Shown piece after piece: positions 36,351-46,530 of a stretch of DNA of 64,000 bases (position 1 is its first letter; each line of letters starts with the position of its first letter). Source of the stretch: a virus; the IMG/VR virus record IMGVR_UViG_3300020451_002162, positions 1 to 64,000 of that record; one strand, 5' to 3'. Below the pieces are notes generated by a model. It searched no databases, was not told the origin of the DNA, and saw only the letters and a program-made list of their open reading frames with translations. Made by a program: the position numbers and the translations under genes.

Positions 36351-39300
36351 GTTCTTATAATACTTTATATATCGACATAGAACAATCTCCCAGCCTTTTA
36401 TCTTCTATAGAAAGTATTAAGCTTTCATCTAACATATATTATCTAAATGCTGATCGTCAACAACTTTTATTAAATACTGCTGACGGGACGGCTAGCTATG
36501 CTTGGCTTTATTCAGCTGATGGGGGACAAACATTTAAAACTTTAAATCAAAATAGTCCTAGTTTGTCACTAGATGTGAACACATTAAACATTCAGTACAT
36601 ATATAAATTAAAAGTATCTGTAGACAGAAATTCTTCTTCTTTGTTGAGTAACAGTTCTGATACTAAAAACATTGTTTCTAATACTAGCGACAATATTATT
36701 TTAACCAATCAAGCCGATGACGATTCTGAGGTATGGTATAGCGAAGCAATAACTATTAATCATAATCTAGATTTAGAAGATATTATTGTAGATATGGCCT
36801 TAAACGATATCATAGAACAACTTGGCGACGAAATTAATTTTAATAATCAATTAGACAATCTAGAGCTAAATTCAGAATATGAAGAATCTATAGAGAACAC
36901 ACAAAATATAGAATCTGTCACTATCGGAGCAGATAGTCCTACAGGTGGTGCTGGTTATCTGACAACTACATGCTATGAAAGACGAGTCAACTATTTTTGT
37001 GGTGTCAAGATTGATTACTGTGTTAAAAAAGAAGAATTTATTTTCCCCGGCAGTGACTTTGTTTGTAATGGAATAGAAGTTTGTGCTGGAAAGTGTATAG
37101 TAGAAGAGGAAGCTTTGTTTACACTTAACCGGGAGGTTGGAGATTGGTTTAATACCAAAATAGGAAATGGTCATTATAAATGGTGTGTAGGAGGTGTTCA
37201 AACTCTAGCCCCTAGTGATTCGGTAAGTAGATTATCTGACTACGGTAGTTGCGGAGATCCTATAGCTGATCCTGAGAGAGGTAAGGCACTGTTGTGTGCT
37301 GATGCTGGAAGTGCAACCAGTTACAGAGATTGCCCTGATGTCAAGAATCATAAAGGAGGCTGTCCGGGAGAAGAATATAACATTGCACCGAGAAAATGGT
37401 GCAATCCAGAGATTTGTCCAGGAACTAGTAGCACACGGTTTAAAACCCTACTTACTCTTACATCAAGTACTAAACAACATAAATGTCACGGAAATAAATA
37501 TGTGTACCAAGGAGGCTGTTCATGTACAGATAAAAGTGGGAACACATCTGTTGAGTATGGAGGAGGTTGTGCTGGTCCGGATTGTACGTCTGTAGCTGCT
37601 CCGAGCTTAACTTATAATGGAATTATTTCGGTCAACGTAGTCGCAGAGTCTGATGGCAAGCTGTACGCTAGATTTGTAGGTCGACCCAAATTAGAATCAA
37701 ATACAACATACGAGCTAACACTTCAGGATAATTCAGAAGGTAATCATAATGCTAATGATTCACTCTTTTTCACAACAGGATATATGGAACCAGATTCAGA
37801 CATATGCGATATACACTCATTAAATCTAGGAAGTGACGATTGGGGTCCTTGTATAAATGGAGGAACTTGTTATGACGGCGACGACATTGATCCTAGTGTC
37901 AAATGTTTTGAGGGAAATGCTTACTATCAAATCATTGGCGGAGGAACAGAAACTTATAGTTGTGTAGAACACTGCGGAACAGATTCTCCTCCTATAGCAG
38001 ATGCTCCTGTCATTATAGTTGCTCCTGTTGCAAGTAGACCAAGTTCTTCGGAAGGTTTATACACACTAGACGCAGCAATCGAAAAAATAGCTGATGACAA
38101 TGATCCCGACCCGTATTATCTTAGAATAGACAGTCTCCAGAAAGATTGGAGGAAAAACACAAAATGCGAATACTATTGTGAAGTAGACTATAAGACAAAA
38201 GAATACAGAGTCGCCACTACAGCATCTATTGGGATAGGAGGTCCAAGTCTTTTCAATGCTTGTACGGCCTGTAACTGCGAAACAAGCGCAGAATGCGGAG
38301 GTTGTGAAGTATGCTGTGACGGAACATGTGTTGGATATCCTAGTGACAAAGAAAATGCTGCGTGTCATCCTTGTGCTGCAATTCCAGGAGGTGTTTGTTG
38401 TACAAGTTTTGATGCTCTAGGTAATAAGACTGTCACATGTGCTAATCCTAAATACTGTGAAGAATGCATAGGTGTTGCAAGTCCTTCTACTGGTACGACA
38501 GCTGGTGTTCCTTACAATCCTAATGACCCTACTATAGCGTGTTGTGAGGGCGTTAAATATGATCCTAGATGTAAACAATGTGAAGAAGGTACGATAACCG
38601 ACATATGCATACCTCCAAAAGTATGTACTAAATCAGGAACAAGTACTTGGGACGACTATTCTAATGATCCTCTTTTTCCAACTCAAATTACATACGACAC
38701 GTTTTCATGTATAATACCTCCTTGTCCTCATTGTACATCTGAAGCTGATGATTATGAAACATCGGGATCTTGTGTTCCCTATAACGGAAGTGTCGATGCA
38801 ATATTAGCATGTATGGAGTGTGAAGTCGTAGATAATCCTTCTTATCCTAGTTTGAGTGACGAACCACAGATGCCATTATTTACCTCTACTTTAGACGAAG
38901 GACAAACATGCTGCCAAACAGGAGCTGAAACAGCATCTCCCGCAGATGTTTGCTGTCCCGGTGATACGTACTCAATTATCTGCAGTACAGACGAAAGCTG
39001 CTGTAATGGAGACTGCTTAGATCCTGGACAATGCTGTGGAGACAGTGGCGCAGAAGATGAACCGATATGTCAGGACTGCGAAGGTAAAGAGAAATGTCCT
39101 TCAGGAACAACATGCTGCACAGGAACAGATCCAAATCCTCCATACGGAGTAATATTTGTTGGATGTGCAGATCCTAATCAGTGTCAAGAGTGTGGTAGTG
39201 GATGGGGCAACTCTCGTCAAGGTGTGCGGCCGACATATGATACTACCGACCCATGTCTAGTATGTAACGAAGGCAGTGTTGATACCGTCACTTCAGACGA

Positions 39301-39352
39301 TCCAGAAGATCCTTGTTACTCAGCCCCACAATCTATTTTCTATGAACCATAA
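36347..39352 (+). CDS. Ig-like domain plus very Cys-rich putative virion protein
   Basis: N-terminal YAWLYSADGG..YKLKV; acidic C-terminal region dense in CC and CxxC. Confidence 0.7.
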   Translation: MSSYNTLYIDIEQSPSLLSSIESIKLSSNIYYLNADRQQLLLNTADGTASYAWLYSADGGQTFKTLNQNSPSLSLDVNTLNIQYIYKLKVSVDRNSSSLLSNSSDTKNIVSNTSDNIILTNQADDDSEVWYSEAITINHNLDLEDIIVDMALNDIIEQLGDEINFNNQLDNLELNSEYEESIENTQNIESVTIGADSPTGGAGYLTTTCYERRVNYFCGVKIDYCVKKEEFIFPGSDFVCNGIEVCAGKCIVEEEALFTLNREVGDWFNTKIGNGHYKWCVGGVQTLAPSDSVSRLSDYGSCGDPIADPERGKALLCADAGSATSYRDCPDVKNHKGGCPGEEYNIAPRKWCNPEICPGTSSTRFKTLLTLTSSTKQHKCHGNKYVYQGGCSCTDKSGNTSVEYGGGCAGPDCTSVAAPSLTYNGIISVNVVAESDGKLYARFVGRPKLESNTTYELTLQDNSEGNHNANDSLFFTTGYMEPDSDICDIHSLNLGSDDWGPCINGGTCYDGDDIDPSVKCFEGNAYYQIIGGGTETYSCVEHCGTDSPPIADAPVIIVAPVASRPSSSEGLYTLDAAIEKIADDNDPDPYYLRIDSLQKDWRKNTKCEYYCEVDYKTKEYRVATTASIGIGGPSLFNACTACNCETSAECGGCEVCCDGTCVGYPSDKENAACHPCAAIPGGVCCTSFDALGNKTVTCANPKYCEECIGVASPSTGTTAGVPYNPNDPTIACCEGVKYDPRCKQCEEGTITDICIPPKVCTKSGTSTWDDYSNDPLFPTQITYDTFSCIIPPCPHCTSEADDYETSGSCVPYNGSVDAILACMECEVVDNPSYPSLSDEPQMPLFTSTLDEGQTCCQTGAETASPADVCCPGDTYSIICSTDESCCNGDCLDPGQCCGDSGAEDEPICQDCEGKEKCPSGTTCCTGTDPNPPYGVIFVGCADPNQCQECGSGWGNSRQGVRPTYDTTDPCLVCNEGSVDTVTSDDPEDPCYSAPQSIFYEP

Positions 39353-39368
39353 TATCGGAGATACTTAA

Positions 39369-39836
39369 ATGAGTAGTATAAGAATAAAAAATTTACCTGC
39401 TTCTACAGGAGTTTTAAATACAGATAATCTAATTGTTAGCTCTGATGATTTAACGTATAAACTTCCTGTTTCTGGCATAAAAAAACAGCTAATAAAACAG
39501 ACGACTAATTTACGAGCAGTCGCTACCGAGTTAAATTACGATACCACAGCTAACGATATTAACAATATCATTAATGTCAATAAAAGTGTGCCGTCTACAG
39601 TAACTATAACATCTGCCGCATCAACTAGCGCAAATATAGGTGATCATATAGATGTATTTAATACTAGTTCTACTTCAGATGTGAGAATTTTATCTCCATC
39701 TGGGGTATATATAAGAAGCATGGGTAATCATGTAGATTTAACCAGGCAATATGGCGTAGGTAAAATTACTAAATTTTCCAGTAATGAATGGATGCTTACT
39801 GGAGATTTTTTCACTTCTCCTAGTGGTACATTCTAA
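39369..39836 (+). CDS. putative tail-fibre-associated protein
   Basis: IKNLP N-terminus; QY....K.SSNEWMLTGD C-terminus, a pattern I associate with phage fibre modules. Confidence 0.6.
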   Translation: MSSIRIKNLPASTGVLNTDNLIVSSDDLTYKLPVSGIKKQLIKQTTNLRAVATELNYDTTANDINNIINVNKSVPSTVTITSAASTSANIGDHIDVFNTSSTSDVRILSPSGVYIRSMGNHVDLTRQYGVGKITKFSSNEWMLTGDFFTSPSGTF

Positions 39837-40228
39837 TGAAAAACAATAAACAATTGGAAAGCCTATCTAACAAGATAGCAAATGATTCAGGATTAACAGG
39901 CTGTGAAGAATATGGTAGTATTCTATTAACTATTATGATAATTGGAATAATTTTAAATTCAATTAGAGTAATTCAAGAGTGCAATAGTAGCAAATTAAAC
40001 AAAATGTCTGATGAAGAAAAACATTCTTTTCTAAAAGATCAGATTAAAACTTTATCTAGTAAACGTGGATGGTTTACTAAAATGCGTATTCGCAAAGTTA
40101 TGAGAAGAGAACTAAAAAAAGAAACATACAAACAGTATGGTGCAAATATCGTAGATAGTATTTTAAATAGTGGAGAGAATATCACGGATGATGAACTTTC
40201 ATCAATTCTGGAGGCTTTAAATGTTTAG
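39836..40228 (+). CDS. single-TM hypothetical protein
   Basis: ILLTIMIIGIIL. Confidence 0.6.
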   Translation: MKNNKQLESLSNKIANDSGLTGCEEYGSILLTIMIIGIILNSIRVIQECNSSKLNKMSDEEKHSFLKDQIKTLSSKRGWFTKMRIRKVMRRELKKETYKQYGANIVDSILNSGENITDDELSSILEALNV

Positions 40229-40472
40229 TATAATTATATGGTGTGTATATGGTATATTCGTCGGAGCTATTGCTAAGAGCATTGTTCCTGGAGAAGAAAA
40301 TTTTGGCTTTTTTAAGACAATAGCATTAGGAGTAGCTGGCTCATACATGGGCGGCGCTGTATTATATCTACTGGGGCAGTATAATGCACTAGAGCCTTCG
40401 GGCATATTCATGGGAATAGCTGGTGCTGTTTTAGCTTTAGTATTATATAATAAATTAGTAAATGAAAAATAG
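40221..40472 (+). CDS. GlsB/YeaQ/YmgE (transglycosylase-associated) membrane protein
   Basis: W...G..VG.IAK.IVPG..G...TI.LG.AGS..GG...GA..L. Confidence 0.85.
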   Translation: MFSIIIWCVYGIFVGAIAKSIVPGEENFGFFKTIALGVAGSYMGGAVLYLLGQYNALEPSGIFMGIAGAVLALVLYNKLVNEK

Positions 40473-41415
40473 AGTTCCAGTATTATTGTGGTTGTATCAT
40501 GTCGATTTATGGCCAGAAATACTGTCTCTATTAATACCAATACAAGACCTTATTGAATTACATATAGGTCTTTATAAAAATAATGAACAAAATTTTATAG
40601 TTGAAGATAGTATAGCAACTATTTTTGATGTATATAATATAACATATCACGACAATATGGGGGGAGATGTCCTCCCTTTTCTTGAGCAGTTGAACAGTCT
40701 AAGCCCTTCTAGATTTAAGCATGATACATTCTTAAAGATACACACTAAAAAAAGTTTATTTGCAGGAAAGATTAATTGGAGAATTATACTTTTACATAAT
40801 CTTATGGGTAGTAGGTCTATTTTTCTAAAAAATTTAGACAAACTTAAAGACAATAAGTGTGGTGCTCTTACATGCTCTAATTTAATTCTGAGTGATATGG
40901 AACATACAAACAAAAGTATTATAGAAGACATATCAGAAAATATACTATCTATTCCATATGAGAAAGTAAAGAATAAAAAATTCTGTGGAGGTAATATGTT
41001 TTTTGGTAAAATCTCTACTTTTCGTTCTTATTTTAATAGTGATACATTATCCTTAATTAGGCCAAAATTAAAAAAAGAAAAAGGCAAAATTAGTGATGTT
41101 AAAAAAGGAACATATGCACACAGTCTAGAAAGACTATTCGGGTATATTGTATTAGATAATAATCAAAAAATAATTCCTTCAGCACTAGAAGCGACCAAGA
41201 TACTTAATCCACTTGCGCAAAACAATAAACTTCATATAATACTATTGTACGATGAGATTTCTTGCTACATTCACGAAGATATCAATGTCTGTGGTAAAAT
41301 TCTATCTCGTTCTGATAAAGCCATAGAGATAGAGTGGTTTCATTTAACCAATCCGGTAATTAAAAAATACAAATATATTTCAAATAATACGCTAGTAGCT
41401 GATGCACAAAAATAG
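40462..41415 (+). CDS. rhamnan synthesis F (RgpF)-like protein
   Basis: LYHVDLW, N.GGDVLPF, LKIHTKKS, FCGGNMF, AHSLERLF. Confidence 0.8.
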   Translation: MKNRVPVLLWLYHVDLWPEILSLLIPIQDLIELHIGLYKNNEQNFIVEDSIATIFDVYNITYHDNMGGDVLPFLEQLNSLSPSRFKHDTFLKIHTKKSLFAGKINWRIILLHNLMGSRSIFLKNLDKLKDNKCGALTCSNLILSDMEHTNKSIIEDISENILSIPYEKVKNKKFCGGNMFFGKISTFRSYFNSDTLSLIRPKLKKEKGKISDVKKGTYAHSLERLFGYIVLDNNQKIIPSALEATKILNPLAQNNKLHIILLYDEISCYIHEDINVCGKILSRSDKAIEIEWFHLTNPVIKKYKYISNNTLVADAQK

Positions 41416-42328
41416 GATATTATTAACAGGTGGCTCAGGCTTTTTGGGTAAACATGTATATAAAAATTTATTAGAGAATAATTACAAAGATATTTATATC
41501 CCCAGAAAAGTAGATTACGACCTAAGAAACTTGTCAAAATGCAATGATTTATTTAGGTCCGTTAACCCAGATACTGTTATCCACTTAGCCGCAACATGTG
41601 GTGGTATAGGCGCTAATATGCGATCTCCCGGTAGGTATTTTTACGATAATATGTCTATGGGTCTAAATATAATAGAGCAAGCTAGATTGAATAATGTTAA
41701 AAAATTCATACTGATTGGTACTGTCTGTGCCTATCCAAAATTGTGCAATATTCCTTTTCAAGAAAAAGATATATGGAAAGGATATCCAGAAGAAACTAAT
41801 GCCCCATACGGAGTAGCGAAAAAATCTTTATTCGTTATGTTGGACGCATATAATAAAGAGTATGGTTTTAATAGTACGATTTTAGTGCCATCAAATCTAT
41901 ATGGTCCCTATGATAATTTTGAAGATCATTCAAGTCACGTTATACCTGCCCTAATTAAAAAAATTGATTATGCAAATAAAAATGGGGAAGACACGGTTGT
42001 TATATGGGGAGATGGTTCTGTAAGTAGAGAATTTCTATATGCAGATCAAGCAGCTAAGGCAATTGTTAAAAGCATAAACGTAAATACAGGACCTAGCCCA
42101 ATTAATCTTGGTTCTGGAGAAGAAATAACCATAAAAAATCTTGTCAATAAACTTGTACATAAAATGAACTTTAATGGCTCAATATCTTGGGATACATCCA
42201 AACCAAACGGACAACCTAGAAGATGTATAAATGCTAATAAGGCTATGTCTTATTTAGGCTGGCAAAATCAAGTAAATATAGACAAAGGACTAGATATGAC
42301 TCTGGAGTGGTATAATAATGACGTATAA
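41402..42328 (+). CDS. fcl: GDP-L-fucose synthase
   Basis: TGGSGFLG, HLAATCGGIGAN, GTVCAYPK, YGVAK, NLYGPYDNF, SHVIPAL, KPNGQPRR. Confidence 0.95.
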   Translation: MHKNRILLTGGSGFLGKHVYKNLLENNYKDIYIPRKVDYDLRNLSKCNDLFRSVNPDTVIHLAATCGGIGANMRSPGRYFYDNMSMGLNIIEQARLNNVKKFILIGTVCAYPKLCNIPFQEKDIWKGYPEETNAPYGVAKKSLFVMLDAYNKEYGFNSTILVPSNLYGPYDNFEDHSSHVIPALIKKIDYANKNGEDTVVIWGDGSVSREFLYADQAAKAIVKSINVNTGPSPINLGSGEEITIKNLVNKLVHKMNFNGSISWDTSKPNGQPRRCINANKAMSYLGWQNQVNIDKGLDMTLEWYNNDV

Positions 42329-44867
42329 TATTCCAGAAGATTTTGATTGGGAGTTTTATCTATCTTCTCATCCTGATCTTGTCAAAGCGGGGATCAACAC
42401 AGAAAAACTAGCTAAATACCACTATGTTACTTATGGTAAAAAAGAAAATAGAATTTATAAAAAGTCTCAAGATGAAGTCTTAGGATACTTTGATAAACAA
42501 AGTGACTCTAACGATAATATAGTTTTATTTGTACAATGGTATGACGATCCGAATACTTTTATAAATAGAACTAAATGTTTACATAGGAATATCAGCAATC
42601 CATATATAGATATTATTAATATATTCTATGAAGCTGGCTCAGAGCATAAATTACATCAGTCTATTATTGAAAATGAAAAAGTTAAATTAGTTCCTCTTAA
42701 TCAAAGAATGAACTACGGTTTATGGATGCAGTTTGCAGACATGAACTATGCAGACAGTATAAAAATTTTATGTAATTCTGATATCTATCTTGATGAAACA
42801 GTAGTGTCATTGAAACAAGCATCGTTTAATAATAATAGAATACTAGCAGTCACAAGGAAAGACGAAGATGTAAATGGTAATATAGTTACCAGTAAAGAAA
42901 GGTTTTCGGATGACTCAATAGACATTAATCCTCTCTATTCTCATGATTGCTGGATATATAAAGATAAAATTGATGCCATAGAATACAGTAATATAAACTT
43001 AAATTTAGGATATGAAAATTGCGACAGATTATTTAAGAAGTATTGTCAACAACATAATATTGAATTTGTAAATTTGTTTCCTAATATCAATTGTATTCAT
43101 TTAGATCACAGATCTCAAAAAACAAGACCCGCTTACGATTTAAACGTTGAGACTGATAAAAAAAAACTAATTTTATATACAACATATTATAAATCTAGTA
43201 ATATACAAAGACAGCATGAGATCGACATTGCATTAACAAAAAATATAAACAGCTCTTACTTTGCGAAAGTTTATATATTTGTAGATACAGACACAGAACT
43301 ACCCAAATCTATTCGTAATAAAAATTATGAGATTATTCACAATAGTCATAAACCGTTTTATTTTGATTGGATATCTCACTCACAAAAACATTTGAACGAT
43401 ACAGATATTTCGTTGTTTGGTAACGCAGACATCATATTTGATGATACAATAAATATCTTATCTGATTATTTTACAGAAGGGGAGTCGACATTAATTTGCT
43501 TGAGTAGATATGAGCAAAATCAACTCTGCTCTAAACCTCATTGGTCTCAGGATACTTGGGCTTTTCAAGTTGAAAACATTAGAAACATTAAGTTTATTAA
43601 TGATACAAAAATTAGGACGGGACATGCTAGGTGCGACAACAAAATAGCGTTTGTTTTTGCTGTAAATGGTTGGACTATAAAAAATCCTTGTTTTAATATT
43701 ATAACAGAACATTTACATTATAGTCAACATAGATCCTATACAATTAGTGATGATGAAGTAATTGGGGGTATGTGTTATATACATCCTTCTCGTGATTACA
43801 GCGCTTCTAAAATAGATTATGCCATAGTCAATAAAAGTCATAATCAAACATATAATAACGATATTCCTATTTGGTCTTTAGAAATGTTAGAACAAACAAA
43901 TAGCTTGGATATTGTTAAAAACTTTAAAACAATAGGGAGTATGTATAATAAAAACCATTTAATGGGAGGTTGGTCTACCGTTAATAATTTATTAGACAAA
44001 TATCAGGAATCGAAAACTGCTAATATCAACTTAATAACATTTACTTGGGAAACTTTTTTAGCAAAACAATACGAAGTGTTTGAGCAGCCTTGGGTGGGAA
44101 TAGATCATTTAGTCAATTTTGTGCCGCAATATTATCGTAAAATTTCAAAAAATATATTACCTGAAAGTAATTTTTTCAATCGTATTCTACATAAAAGTAA
44201 TGTATTAGAAAATTGCAAAGGTATAATCTATACTTCAGATAGCACAAGATTGAATAGTCTTAATTGTAAATACACAAAAGACATACCTAAATGCACCATT
44301 CATCATCCTATTGTACTAGACCCAGAATCTACACAATTCAATTTAGATGAGTACCTGAACAATAAAAATAAAAAACTTATTAATTTAGGTTGGTTCAATA
44401 GAAATTTTGGTTTTTTTGAAAGGCTTAATGTTTCTGACTTTGAAAAAGTCTTTGTTTTTGGGGGCTTGTCTGGATATAAAGGTTATGTTTTTACAGAGGA
44501 TATGTACTATCACGGTATTGATATAATTAATACAGAAATATCTCCTAGACTTTCTGATGTAGAACTAAACGACATATTAAGCAAGAATTTAATATTTGTT
44601 AATTTATATGACTCTTCAGCTAATAATGCTATTATTAATTCCGTTCAAAGAAATTGTCCAATAGTAATTAATAGGTTAGATGCTTGTGTAGAATACTTAG
44701 GTTCTGATTATCCATTATATTATGACTATCCAGACGAAATACAGGATTTGTTGTCAGAAAGCTCTGTGGCTTCTGCTCACGAATATTTGAAACAATTGAA
44801 TATTAATAGTTTTAGTATGGAAACTTTTATCGGTAAAGTTAATGAATTCGTTGGAAAGTTAGGTTAA
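42318..44867 (+). CDS. multidomain glycosyltransferase-like protein (two tandem GT-A-like repeats plus C-terminal domain)
   Basis: N-terminal FDWEFY..PDL..HY..GKKENR; two NxDI..R..S.D.W..G..CD..HL repeats; C-terminal DSSANNA..VEYLG.DYPLYY. Confidence 0.6.
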   Translation: MTYNIPEDFDWEFYLSSHPDLVKAGINTEKLAKYHYVTYGKKENRIYKKSQDEVLGYFDKQSDSNDNIVLFVQWYDDPNTFINRTKCLHRNISNPYIDIINIFYEAGSEHKLHQSIIENEKVKLVPLNQRMNYGLWMQFADMNYADSIKILCNSDIYLDETVVSLKQASFNNNRILAVTRKDEDVNGNIVTSKERFSDDSIDINPLYSHDCWIYKDKIDAIEYSNINLNLGYENCDRLFKKYCQQHNIEFVNLFPNINCIHLDHRSQKTRPAYDLNVETDKKKLILYTTYYKSSNIQRQHEIDIALTKNINSSYFAKVYIFVDTDTELPKSIRNKNYEIIHNSHKPFYFDWISHSQKHLNDTDISLFGNADIIFDDTINILSDYFTEGESTLICLSRYEQNQLCSKPHWSQDTWAFQVENIRNIKFINDTKIRTGHARCDNKIAFVFAVNGWTIKNPCFNIITEHLHYSQHRSYTISDDEVIGGMCYIHPSRDYSASKIDYAIVNKSHNQTYNNDIPIWSLEMLEQTNSLDIVKNFKTIGSMYNKNHLMGGWSTVNNLLDKYQESKTANINLITFTWETFLAKQYEVFEQPWVGIDHLVNFVPQYYRKISKNILPESNFFNRILHKSNVLENCKGIIYTSDSTRLNSLNCKYTKDIPKCTIHHPIVLDPESTQFNLDEYLNNKNKKLINLGWFNRNFGFFERLNVSDFEKVFVFGGLSGYKGYVFTEDMYYHGIDIINTEISPRLSDVELNDILSKNLIFVNLYDSSANNAIINSVQRNCPIVINRLDACVEYLGSDYPLYYDYPDEIQDLLSESSVASAHEYLKQLNINSFSMETFIGKVNEFVGKLG

Positions 44868-44868
44868 T

Positions 44869-46503
44869 ATGCTACCAACAAAAATATTATTGCTTAGTAA
44901 TCCCAGACATGGCACAACTTTTTTAATTGATAACATTAATAAGAATGAAGATATTAGGATGTGTTATGAATTGTTAACTTTAGGAGAGGGTGTTGACAAA
45001 CACTATCATGAATGCTTTACTAAGATTGTAGATAGGCAAGTTTTAAATCTAACAGATTGTGAACAGTATAACCAACAAAGAAAACAAAACGAGATAGATT
45101 ACTTTCAACATATCTCTAAAAAGTTTAATAATATTCAAACTATTGAAACTATAGGATATAAAATTTTTGCACAACAAATAGATGCTCCTTCGATGCAAAA
45201 TAAAGTAATGTTAGAGAATGTCCTTGCTGAATTTGACAAAGTTATATTTCTTGATAGAGATATGGTTTCTTATGCTTTTTCTTGGCTCAATGCAGGAAAA
45301 TATGGATGGAGCGTACTTAAGAGATCCTCAAAAGATACAAATTTAGTAGCTAGTGCAAGAGAAACGCAAGACATTATCAGACAAACTATGCACAAACATA
45401 AACTTTTTGCAATAGCTCACAAATACTTAGAAAAAAATAATATACCTTATTTAGATTTAAACTACAACGATTTAGATAAAGCTCCTGAATTATTGTCTAA
45501 TTTTTTAAATACAGAAATAACATTTAAGAATAGTTTTAGACCTAACAAATATGACTATAAAACATTTTTAGCTAATAATCCAGAATTAAGCAAAGCAGTC
45601 GACGATCAAAACATTCTAATTGATTTAGAAAATGCAACTGCTCCTCCAATACCTGATTTTAAAAGACAAGAGAACAAATTAGAGGCTATTAATGTTTTAC
45701 ATACAGGGAGCGAAAAAAGTGCTGAGGTAAATCATTTTGTAAATCAAATAATTAAATCTTTTGAATCCTGCGACTTAGACAACAAGCTTGCTAAAAGCAT
45801 AGATCTAAATATAGCTATATCTTCTAATTCTGTGTTCAATTTTAGCTCAGAACATATCGATATACTTAAGGGCTTTTTCAAAGATGTTAATATTTTAACC
45901 ATAGAGATTCCAGAAAACAAAGATTTTTATTTCAATGAGATGCCTGACAATTTAGATAATATTAGTTTAGAATACGGATTAAAATCTGGTCCTAACTATG
46001 TATTTTTCCGTTGTATAGATTTAATGAAAAGATATAATACGTGTTTGTTTTTAGAAATAGATACATATCTCAAGAATAATTGGCTTTCAGCAATAGCTAA
46101 TTATGTAAATAGTTGTGGCAATTTTTGGATTAGTGGACCTGCATATAGCGGTATTGCTGGAATAGTTGATCCTGATTTTTTGCTTAGTCATCATATTAAC
46201 GGAGGAACATGTATATACAATACAGGAAATCATAATTTTCAAGCCTTCATACAATGGTGCGAGAAAATATTTCCTATGCTAACAAAAAATAATGCGACGT
46301 TACCTTATGATTATTTAATACCCACACTTTACTTAATCTATGTAAATCGTCACTGTAAGGAAAGTTGGAGAATTGTTCAATTAGCTAAGCAAAATTATAT
46401 CTATAATAACTTAATATGTAATTTAAGCTTAGAGGGAGATGCCGATGAAACAAAAGATCCTGTTCCAGGTTATATTATACATGAAAAATTAAAACTTGAC
46501 TAA
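44869..46503 (+). CDS. sulfotransferase-like (Stf0-type) domain fused to a GT-A-like domain
   Basis: PRHGTT PAPS-loop-like, GYKIF, IFLDR..S.SW; C-terminal GPN..FLEID..HINGG. Confidence 0.6.
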   Translation: MLPTKILLLSNPRHGTTFLIDNINKNEDIRMCYELLTLGEGVDKHYHECFTKIVDRQVLNLTDCEQYNQQRKQNEIDYFQHISKKFNNIQTIETIGYKIFAQQIDAPSMQNKVMLENVLAEFDKVIFLDRDMVSYAFSWLNAGKYGWSVLKRSSKDTNLVASARETQDIIRQTMHKHKLFAIAHKYLEKNNIPYLDLNYNDLDKAPELLSNFLNTEITFKNSFRPNKYDYKTFLANNPELSKAVDDQNILIDLENATAPPIPDFKRQENKLEAINVLHTGSEKSAEVNHFVNQIIKSFESCDLDNKLAKSIDLNIAISSNSVFNFSSEHIDILKGFFKDVNILTIEIPENKDFYFNEMPDNLDNISLEYGLKSGPNYVFFRCIDLMKRYNTCLFLEIDTYLKNNWLSAIANYVNSCGNFWISGPAYSGIAGIVDPDFLLSHHINGGTCIYNTGNHNFQAFIQWCEKIFPMLTKNNATLPYDYLIPTLYLIYVNRHCKESWRIVQLAKQNYIYNNLICNLSLEGDADETKDPVPGYIIHEKLKLD

Positions 46504-46524
46504 CTACGCATAACCGTATATCAT
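46496..46524 (+). promoter_or_regulatory. sigma70 promoter, probably giving a leaderless mRNA
   Basis: TTGACT-17 nt-TATCAT; ATG begins 7 nt after the -10. Confidence 0.65.
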
Positions 46525-46530
46525 AATATT

